Below are positions 7,792-13,029 of a stretch of DNA of 13,029 bases, piece after piece. Position 1 is the stretch's first letter; every line of letters starts with the position of its first letter. Source of the DNA: Bordetella parapertussis. Its GTDB lineage: Bacteria > Pseudomonadota > Gammaproteobacteria > Burkholderiales > Burkholderiaceae_B. The translations under genes were made by a program, and so were the position numbers. The notes under the pieces were generated by a model that did not search any database, was not told the origin of the DNA, and worked only from the letters and a program-made list of their open reading frames with translations. The stretch is taken from the NCBI GenBank assembly GCA_945874505.1, contig CAMCII010000056.1, forward strand, positions 1 to 13,029. Direction: 5' to 3'.

Positions 7792-8460
7792 TCAAACCAA
7801 TTCCACAGCCTTGCGTTTCATATCGTCATTTACATCTATGTAGCATTGAACAGAAGACAATGCACGATGCCCACTAAGTCCCATAATCACCCGTACACCT
7901 ACACCTTGTGCTGCAAGATTAGTAATGAATGTGCGACGTGTTGAGTGACTGCTTGCGCCAATCACGCCTGCTCGTTTGTAAAGATAATGGAAGTGCTGCG
8001 TCAGCGTGTTTGCTGTGAAGCCATCACTTGTGGTTTTTTGCGAATAAAACAGCTTGTCAGTTGTCTTGTTGAATTTGGTCACAGCAATATACGCAGTCAA
8101 TTCTTTGCGTAGTCGTTCGCTGACAAAAACTGTACGTGCATGTCGCCCCTTTGTTTGATCTGCACGTAATTGAAATTCGCTGCGTACAAGACGTTCGTTA
8201 TCAATAACATCACAAAGACGTAAGCTTGCAGCTTCGCCTACACGCAGTCCTGCGTAATACATCAACAATAAAACAGCACGATTACGTGCTGCGTGTTTGC
8301 GTGTTGCCACGTAGTCCAATACGCGACGCAACTCAATCGCTGTAAGTGTTTTGGCTTGCTTGCTCATTTTGCGTTTTCTCCCTAACCAAAGCTTGGCTAA
8401 GTCAAAAGCGTAATTTCTTTTGTTTCTTTTCGCGACCTTTTGCGTGTTGCTGTCGAACAT
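7792..8460 (-). CDS. Small single-domain tyrosine recombinase, FimB/FimE-sized (possible DNA invertase or accessory recombinase)
   Basis: Catalytic pattern: R in AGLRVGEAASLRLCDV, H-x-x-R in HSTRRT, then GH and Y in LSGHRALSSVQCYIDV. An alternative start at ATG 8365-8367 (MSKQAKTLTAIEL, GGGAG upstream) would give 191 aa. There is no large N-terminal arm-binding domain. Confidence 0.85.
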   Translation of the reverse strand: MFDSNTQKVAKRNKRNYAFDLAKLWLGRKRKMSKQAKTLTAIELRRVLDYVATRKHAARNRAVLLLMYYAGLRVGEAASLRLCDVIDNERLVRSEFQLRADQTKGRHARTVFVSERLRKELTAYIAVTKFNKTTDKLFYSQKTTSDGFTANTLTQHFHYLYKRAGVIGASSHSTRRTFITNLAAQGVGVRVIMGLSGHRALSSVQCYIDVNDDMKRKAVELV

Positions 8461-8615
8461 TCGTGATTTCTTCCAATAATCAATAACTTAGCGACCCATT
8501 TAGTCGCAAACCAAAGCTTTTACATATTTGCTTTGGTTTTTTATTTATGGAATGAATAGTGATCGTGTGGGATTTAGAACACACAATTAGCTGCGATGTT
8601 TAACAAGCCCTATAC

Positions 8616-8688
8616 GCTACTCGCAGTTCGCTCAGCTACTCGCATATCCATTGCGACTGTTTAAGCGTGTGCAGCTTGTTTTAAGCGT
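8616..8688 (+). repeat. Iteron-like direct repeats in the non-coding region (2x GCTACTCGCA, 2x TTTAAGCGT)
   Basis: GCTACTCGCA at 8616-8625 and 8635-8644, 19 bp apart. TTTAAGCGT at 8660-8668 and 8680-8688, 20 bp apart. CTGTTTAAGC recurs at 8903-8912. Confidence 0.5.
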
Positions 8689-8814
8689 CGTGTGTGCTTG
8701 TGCTGCAATAGCGTTGGCATTTGTCTGCTGCTGTTGCTTGCCCTATCAAGCTACGCCTTGCTGTGGTCGCGAACAACTATGGTTTGGGTGCATACTAAAA
8801 GGTTTGATGGAACG

Positions 8815-8878
8815 GCTGCATGATTTTTTTGCAATACTTCGCTAATTAAAGCTATCGCAGCTTTAATGAACATGCAGC
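8815..8878. other. Nested perfect hairpin (candidate origin or nick-site structure, or transcript end of the Rep-like gene)
   Basis: The outer 8-bp arms gctgcatg (8815-8822) and catgcagc (8871-8878) enclose a perfect 9-bp stem, attaaagct (8845-8853) with agctttaat (8859-8867), and a 5-nt loop atcgc. Confidence 0.5.
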
Positions 8879-8906
8879 AAGAGGCAAACGAGGCCAGTAA
8901 TGCTGT

Positions 8907-9443
8907 TTAAGCTAATTGCCACAACACATTGTCAGTGTCGTGTTTGCCACATTCTTTTGTGATGTACTGCATCCAGCCACTGTCAGCAAGATCAACCTTA
9001 TGTTGCTCGTCAATATTTTCAACAAGTAATTTTGCTTTGGTCACAAGCTGATCTATTTGATTTAATTTGACATGATTGGGGATGTCGCCAATAGCCATAT
9101 GCAAATGCAAATTTTTATTGCTGCGTTCGCCTTCAACAACAACAAGGTACTTGAGGTGCTTGCCATGACGCTTTGCACTATGACCAAATACTTGCTGATT
9201 TAGTTTTTGTATAAAGCGTTGTGCGATCTGCTCGCAGTCTTGCCTGTTTATTTTTCTGCGTACTGTGCCTGTAGCTGTTGTGTATGCGATTGTTTGTTTG
9301 AGAGTGAGTGTTAGGGCAATTGGGTATTGGCTGCTTAGGCCACATAGCCACGCTTGAGTAGGTAGTTTAAGGTTTTGAGTTTGAGTTTCGCTGTAGCAAA
9401 GGTGTTGTCTTATGTCTTGTAGGTTCATGCAGTTATTTATCAA
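8907..9443 (-). CDS. Small HUH-motif protein (rolling-circle Rep / Inovirus Gp2-YagK-like)
   Basis: 178 aa with three ordered motifs: I ALTLTL (aa 43-48), II HLHMAI = HUHUUU (aa 113-118, DNA checked at about 9090-9107), III WMQYITK = uxxYuxK (aa 157-163). The first codon in the track is TTG. ATG at 9426-9428 is an alternative start. Confidence 0.65.
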   Translation of the reverse strand: MINNCMNLQDIRQHLCYSETQTQNLKLPTQAWLCGLSSQYPIALTLTLKQTIAYTTATGTVRRKINRQDCEQIAQRFIQKLNQQVFGHSAKRHGKHLKYLVVVEGERSNKNLHLHMAIGDIPNHVKLNQIDQLVTKAKLLVENIDEQHKVDLADSGWMQYITKECGKHDTDNVLWQLA

Positions 9444-9582
9444 GAGCCAAATAAACCCAATTATTTCTGCATGATTTATTAGGTTTTGTGTCTAAAACCC
9501 ACGATCATTAAATCAATTAGGTCGCGAATTCAATTGCAGGCCAATACAGTATTGATTCCCAAGTGCAACAAAAGGAATTGAT

Positions 9583-10023
9583 ATGAGTGCATTAGCAGCT
9601 TTGAAGTTTGTGGTCAGTAAAAAGAATCGTGCTGTTTCGCCCGTCATGCACAAGCGTCAAAAGTTGTGTGCAAAATTGACAGAGCAGATTGCTTTGTGTG
9701 AAGCAGAGCAAGCAGGCGAGATTTACGCACCCAAGCGTTTGAAAAGTGTCGTGGATGCTGCAACAGGCGAGCGTACGGTTGTGGCAACTACTAAGCGTGT
9801 GCGTGAATGGTTTTGGCGTGAAAACGGCAAGTACAACTTGGCCATCAAGTACGGTGCAAAAACACTGGTGTTGGCAAAGGGTGGCAAGAACGCCATTGAG
9901 CTTGCCAACGAAAACGAAGTGCTGGATGCGCTACGCTTAATTAAAACCGCTGTGGGTTTGGGCGAACTGGATGATGCCATTGCAGAGGCCAGTACGGCCA
10001 CGCGAACTGCATTTAAAAAGTGA
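9583..10023 (+). CDS. Hypothetical island protein (146 aa), divergent from the Rep-like gene
   Basis: ATG with an AAGGA Shine-Dalgarno 6 nt upstream and coding-like composition, followed by a strong terminator. I could recognise no catalytic or DNA-binding motif. Confidence 0.7.
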   Translation: MSALAALKFVVSKKNRAVSPVMHKRQKLCAKLTEQIALCEAEQAGEIYAPKRLKSVVDAATGERTVVATTKRVREWFWRENGKYNLAIKYGAKTLVLAKGGKNAIELANENEVLDALRLIKTAVGLGELDDAIAEASTATRTAFKK

Positions 10024-10034
10024 TTTGAAAATTA

Positions 10035-10087
10035 GGGGGGCGTTTTTTATCAGTGCCGTACTGGCAAACAGCGCCCCCCAGTTTTTT
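10035..10087 (+). terminator. Rho-independent terminator after the 146-aa gene
   Basis: The 8-bp G/C stem ggggggcg (10035-10042) pairs with cgcccccc (10072-10079). It contains an inner tgcc/ggca hairpin and is followed by TTTTTT (10082-10087). A T-run also follows the first arm, so it may work in both directions. Confidence 0.6.
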
Positions 10088-10115
10088 GAGTGTAAATACA
10101 AGAACGGAGAAGCAC

Positions 10116-10298
10116 ATGCTCATTTACGAAATCACCGCAATCAAACCACAGCTGCCACAAACACCTGCTCAAGCTCGTGTGGCTGTACTTAAACAAAGCG
10201 CACAGCGAGCGCAGGCAGCAGTTAAAGCAGAACGCAAACGACAGCAAGTGCAGGCAGCACAACAAAAATTACAAAAGACAGTGGCTGCTAAGCTGTGA
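10116..10298 (+). CDS. Small Gln/Ala/Lys-rich hypothetical protein (60 aa, predicted helical)
   Basis: ATG at 10116 with GGAGA 5 nt upstream, internal to track ORF 10053-10298. Translates to MLIYEITAIKPQLPQTPAQARVAVLKQSAQRAQAAVKAERKRQQVQAAQQKLQKTVAAKL. It lies directly behind a terminator, so expression is uncertain. Confidence 0.4.
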   Translation: MLIYEITAIKPQLPQTPAQARVAVLKQSAQRAQAAVKAERKRQQVQAAQQKLQKTVAAKL

Positions 10299-10445
10299 CA
10301 TTGGTGCAATATGCACGCCAGTATTGTTGTACTGCACAAGCACAGTCACAACCACCATAGCCTCAACCACGTCGCGTGTATCCTTTTAGTATTGCCAAAC
10401 TCAAACCCATTGCCCGTTTGGGGCGTGATGCTGAGAATTAATAAG

Positions 10446-10643
10446 TCAAAAAAGACAACCTCCAGTAACCCAATATTCTTTACCATCTGTTGCAAGCGAC
10501 ATAACGTTGCATGTTTGAGGGCCTTTTGGTGTGTCCAATGTCACGGCACACATTCCCATTTTGTTGCCCATGCGTAAAAAGTTTACAGAACTTATTGGTA
10601 CCCGTAATTTTTCTGCGATACTTTCACCAAAACCTTTTGATAT
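10446..10643 (-). pseudogene. In-frame 65-codon continuation of the membrane-protein gene beyond its TGA (possible split or pseudogenised C-terminal domain)
   Basis: After TGA (10644-10646) the same frame reads ISKGFGESIAEKLRVPISSVNFLRMGNKMGMCAVTLDTPKGPQTCNVMSLATDGKEYWVTGGCLF*, with no ATG/GTG/TTG before codon 25. Confidence 0.35.
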
Positions 10644-11135
10644 TCAACTTGCTTTGAAACATAATTTTTGAACCACATCAAAGTCCAACACCTCTGCTTT
10701 ATTAGGTTTGGAATTAATAGCGGGAGTTGATACTGTATTGGGTTGAACAAGTGGTGACTTACTGTGTTCCTCTTTGAACAAAATGGAATACGAAAAATAC
10801 AAAAACAATGCGGTAAGTCCTAATACGATTCCTCGTTGTTTGCTACTGGTCTTTGACCAAAACGTCTTTGCCAAGTCTGTTTTCTTTGTACCTTCAGCTG
10901 CGGTCGCCACAGTTTCTTTTCGTATCGCGTTTACCTGTTTTAGTTCATGTACAACGTCTTTAGTTGCAGCTTTGCTAACTGCAAATATCTTCCCAACCAA
11001 TATGCCAGTTTTGTTAATAATGTTATTCAGCGTTTCTTTTGCAGCAGCATTCTTGTCTGCTTTGTGCTCTCCACCACTGGCTTTTGCATCACTTGCAGCA
11101 TCTTTATTTTTATCGTTGTCGTTTGGGCTGGTCAT
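10644..11135 (-). CDS. Single-pass membrane protein with a low-complexity Lys/Asp/Ala-rich N-terminus (island cargo, unknown function)
   Basis: Likely start at ATG 11133-11135 (AGGA about 9 nt upstream). The track start at 11159 is TTG. One hydrophobic helix, GIVLGLTALFLYFSYSILF. No recognisable domain. Confidence 0.65.
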   Translation of the reverse strand: MTSPNDNDKNKDAASDAKASGGEHKADKNAAAKETLNNIINKTGILVGKIFAVSKAATKDVVHELKQVNAIRKETVATAAEGTKKTDLAKTFWSKTSSKQRGIVLGLTALFLYFSYSILFKEEHSKSPLVQPNTVSTPAINSKPNKAEVLDFDVVQKLCFKAS

Positions 11136-11297
11136 GTTGGTTAATCCTTGTTTTGGCAATGATTTAGTATAGGCGACGCTTTATTACTTGTGTTGCCTCA
11201 AGTATGGTACGAGCTTACCGTGCCTCGTTTCCTTTGTTTACCCTTCAGCAACATGTCATTTGTCATCTCGCCACGGAGTGGCTGCACGCAGGGATAA

Positions 11298-12539
11298 TCA
11301 CTCAGCTGCCGTGTTGTCCAGCAGCGCAGCAGACACGCTGCCTTCTCCAGCAAACTTATCAGCCAATTTCAACAAGTCCAAATGACCATAGTGCGTCTGC
11401 AGCATGGCGATGCTGGTGCCCATGTGCTCAGCTAACTGGTAAGCAGTGACATTGCCTTTGGTCAATTCGTGCGTGGCGTAGAAGTGGCGTAGGCTGTACA
11501 GGGTACGGTGCTTGCCTGTGTGTGTATCCACTAACAATCCAGCCCGCTCCATCATGCGTGTAAACATCCTGCCAAACGCTGTAGTTAGGTCAGCGTTGTG
11601 TGTGGCATCAATCACAGGCTTGTCTAACCCCCTCGCCAGCAATTCACGCAAGGTCAGTCTCTTTAGCCGTTCATTGCGATCTTTAATCCGTTCCAAGTAG
11701 CGAGCCACGCGATGGCGTACCTGTATGGTTCGCCATTTTTGCGTTTTGCCTTTGACACGCATAGTTAAGTATTCTTTATTGCCACTTCTGGTCAGCGAGA
11801 TGTCACGCCAACGCATATTGATCATTTCCGTGCCTTGCCTGATACCTGTATTTGCCAGTATCAACACATAGTCACGCAGCAGCAGGCGCATGTCACGCTC
11901 GTGCCCTGCACGCCCATCTTTAATGTAGGCACGCATGGCACGCAGCAGGGCAGGATATTCTCCAATCTGTATGTCTGGACGCCGTTCGCTGCTGGCGCCC
12001 CCCCTGTTCTCCAACTGAGGCACTTGAACAGTGGTTATGTATCCACGTAAGACAGCTTCATCAAAAACCCGTTTCAGCGCAGCGTTGTGAGTATTTTGGG
12101 TACTTGTTGAAGGGGTTTTTTCCATTTCACGAGTACGCCATGTAGCAAAGCGTTGTAGTGCTGCGTAATCCACGCTGTCTATGTTGTGGCTCTTGAAATA
12201 TGGGATGTGATAGTTGTTAAGGGCGTTTTTGTAGCTTTTGTAAGTTGCTTTGCCTTGCCCTGCTGCGATTTCATCATCCATGCGCTTGATGGCAAGATTG
12301 GCGATAGTTTTGAATCGCTTACTGACTGTGGGCAGATTGTTGCGTTCTCTAAACCAAGCGTTTGTGACCAGATCAACAGCTTTGCTCTTGGCTTTGGCTA
12401 AATCTTCTTCTTTTGTGGTGGTTCTCAGCCACTTGCTGCCAACCTTGTAGCGTACTTGCCAGACAGGTGAAGTCTTTCTAATTGACAGCGTTGCTTTGCC
12501 CTCAAGTATGTGAACTGTGTGCTCTACTTTTTGTGGCAT
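11298..12539 (-). CDS. int: Tyrosine-type site-specific integrase (P4-like, tRNA-targeting)
   Basis: Catalytic pattern: R in NTGIRQGTE, H-x-x-R in HSLRHFYATH, then H and Y in EHMGTSIAMLQTHYGH. Adjacent to the intact tRNA. The start is placed at ATG 12537-12539 (GGAG 9 nt upstream). The track ORF extends to 12563. Confidence 0.93.
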   Translation of the reverse strand: MPQKVEHTVHILEGKATLSIRKTSPVWQVRYKVGSKWLRTTTKEEDLAKAKSKAVDLVTNAWFRERNNLPTVSKRFKTIANLAIKRMDDEIAAGQGKATYKSYKNALNNYHIPYFKSHNIDSVDYAALQRFATWRTREMEKTPSTSTQNTHNAALKRVFDEAVLRGYITTVQVPQLENRGGASSERRPDIQIGEYPALLRAMRAYIKDGRAGHERDMRLLLRDYVLILANTGIRQGTEMINMRWRDISLTRSGNKEYLTMRVKGKTQKWRTIQVRHRVARYLERIKDRNERLKRLTLRELLARGLDKPVIDATHNADLTTAFGRMFTRMMERAGLLVDTHTGKHRTLYSLRHFYATHELTKGNVTAYQLAEHMGTSIAMLQTHYGHLDLLKLADKFAGEGSVSAALLDNTAAE

Positions 12540-12604
12540 TGACATGCACTCCAAAAAAAACATAGGCTAAGCTATGTTCTGTATTGTACAGTCAGTGCTG
12601 TTTT

Positions 12605-12646
12605 TGTACAACGAATGTACAACGGCATCAAAAAAACTGTACAACG
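12605..12646 (+). promoter_or_regulatory. Three TGTACAACG repeats (candidate arm-type recombinase-binding sites, integrase-proximal arm)
   Basis: Exact 9-mers at 12605-12613, 12616-12624 and 12638-12646, plus a partial TGTACAgtc at 12585-12593. They lie between the int start and the core repeat. Confidence 0.6.
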
Positions 12647-12660
12647 TGGAGAACCGCATA

Positions 12661-12718
12661 TTTGCTGGTGCCCGGGGCCGGAATCGAACCGGCACGCCTT
12701 GCGGCGGGGGATTTTGAG
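12661..12718. repeat. tRNA-proximal att site (core repeat inside the tRNA-Leu 3' half)
   Basis: 58/58 identical to 7583-7640. Confidence 0.92.
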
Positions 12719-12750
12719 TCCCCTGCGTCTACCAATTTCACCACCCGGGC
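12666..12750 (-). tRNA. tRNA-Leu (anticodon CAA), 85 nt with encoded CCA
   Basis: Manual fold: acceptor GCCCGGG/CCCGGGC, D-arm GUG..CGC with AAUUGGUAGA loop, anticodon stem GGGGA/UCCCC with loop CUCAAAA, long variable arm, T-arm GCCGG-UUCGAUU-CCGGC, then ACCA. Confidence 0.95.
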
Positions 12751-12882
12751 CTTGGGGGATCGCGCGCGAGGCGCTTTGGAACGAAGTCGTACATTATACG
12801 ATGTAAAAAATTTTTGCGCGCGAGGCGGCACTTGGGTATTCTCAAGCCCCTAATCGCCACCAACACAGTCAACGGTCACCTC

Positions 12883-13029
12883 ATGCAAAGCCTTGATCTA
12901 CAACTTGCACACCATGCCTCGTCGCTCACATATGCCGCCTTAACGTCCCACGCGCTTGAGCGCGCAAAGGTCTTTTTACTCGATACCTTGGGCGTCGGTA
13001 TCGCCGGTGGCAGCACGCCCGAAATCCAG
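12883..13029 (+). CDS. MmgE/PrpD-family protein, N-terminal 49 codons (partial, runs off the 3' edge)
   Basis: From ATG 12883 it translates to MQSLDLQLAHHASSLTYAALTSHALERAKVFLLDTLGVGIAGGSTPEIQ. This is the typical N-terminal pattern of the 2-methylcitrate dehydratase family (..A...LLD.LG..IAG). Confidence 0.6.
   Translation, partial: MQSLDLQLAHHASSLTYAALTSHALERAKVFLLDTLGVGIAGGSTPEIQ

Larger units (their letters stand above)
7583..12718. mobile_element. tRNA-Leu(CAA)-integrated genomic island / small integrative element (about 5.1 kb including both repeats)
   Basis: Perfect 58-bp direct repeats at both ends, an integrase next to the intact tRNA, arm-type repeats inside both ends, and visibly higher A+T content than the flanks. 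Confidence 0.9.

Noticed and set aside
8651-8845. 64-aa Cys-rich ORF (TTG start) in the island non-coding region, considered as a small secreted or bacteriocin-like peptide
   Set aside because: The Cys/Leu/Ala richness follows directly from the TGC/TGT/GCT-biased, A-poor strand composition. It has a non-ATG start without a Shine-Dalgarno and overlaps the repeats and hairpins. More likely non-coding.
10400-10432. ccaaac-N15-gtttgg hairpin as a bidirectional terminator between the convergent island genes
   Set aside because: A 6-bp A/T-containing stem with a 15-nt loop and no adjacent T-run on either strand. Not convincing.
10311-10577. Plus-strand ORFs 10177-10389 and 10311-10577 and minus-strand ORF 10050-10265
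   Set aside because: They overlap the better-supported small ORF or the in-frame extension of the membrane gene, lack a Shine-Dalgarno, and have His/Cys/Ser-rich nonsense-like translations.
10620-10646. TGA at 10644-10646 as a selenocysteine codon
   Set aside because: The RNA immediately downstream forms only a trivial CAAAA-GG-UUUUG element. No bacterial SECIS-like stem-loop lies at the required distance. The context, a small island membrane protein, also does not suggest a selenoprotein.
7583-12718. Island as a complete filamentous (inovirus) prophage, because of the Gp2-like HUH protein and small ORFs
   Set aside because: There is no Zot/pI-like morphogenesis ATPase (about 350-400 aa), no recognisable major-coat-type ORF with signal peptide and TM helix in an operon with the Rep gene, and gene orientations are mixed. 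At most it is a satellite or derivative.
7583-12718. Two tandem islands, one per recombinase
   Set aside because: I found no third copy of the 58-bp core or of its anticodon-loop end inside the element. The same TGTACAACG arm motif occurs at both extremities, which is consistent with one element.
1-13029. CRISPR arrays, rRNA genes, IS elements with transposase genes
   Set aside because: There are no regularly spaced 25-40 bp repeats, no rRNA-like sequence and no transposase-like ORF. The only long exact repeat is the 58-bp att duplication.

Overview
The window looks like a proteobacterial chromosome and splits into two parts. Left part (1-7582): the 3' end of an MFS-type transporter gene; a RelE/Phd-YefM toxin-antitoxin pair whose toxin carries a premature stop; an orphan MNT-type nucleotidyltransferase; and a complete PQQ biosynthesis operon on the minus strand, pqqABCDE. 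The 24-codon pqqA is missing from the ORF track, and an intrinsic-terminator hairpin sits between pqqA and pqqB. Divergent from pqqA are a prolyl aminopeptidase-like alpha/beta hydrolase, a secreted PQQ-dependent sugar (sorbosone/aldose) dehydrogenase and a dihaem cytochrome c. Right part (7583-12718): a compact integrative element of about 5.1 kb inserted in tRNA-Leu(CAA). It is bounded by a perfect 58-bp direct repeat, which is the 3' part of the tRNA, and has clustered TGTACAACG repeats inside both ends. It encodes a P4-like tyrosine integrase, a second FimB-sized tyrosine recombinase, a 178-aa protein with all three HUH rolling-circle motifs, a 446-bp structured repeat-rich non-coding region, and several ORFs with no domain I can recognise. 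One of these is a single-pass membrane protein whose frame stays open for 65 codons past an in-frame TGA. I see no capsid, terminase, conjugation or excisionase genes. This element is the most likely place for something undescribed. After the intact tRNA, the window ends in the start of an MmgE/PrpD-family gene. All family assignments come from motif recognition by eye, with no database search.
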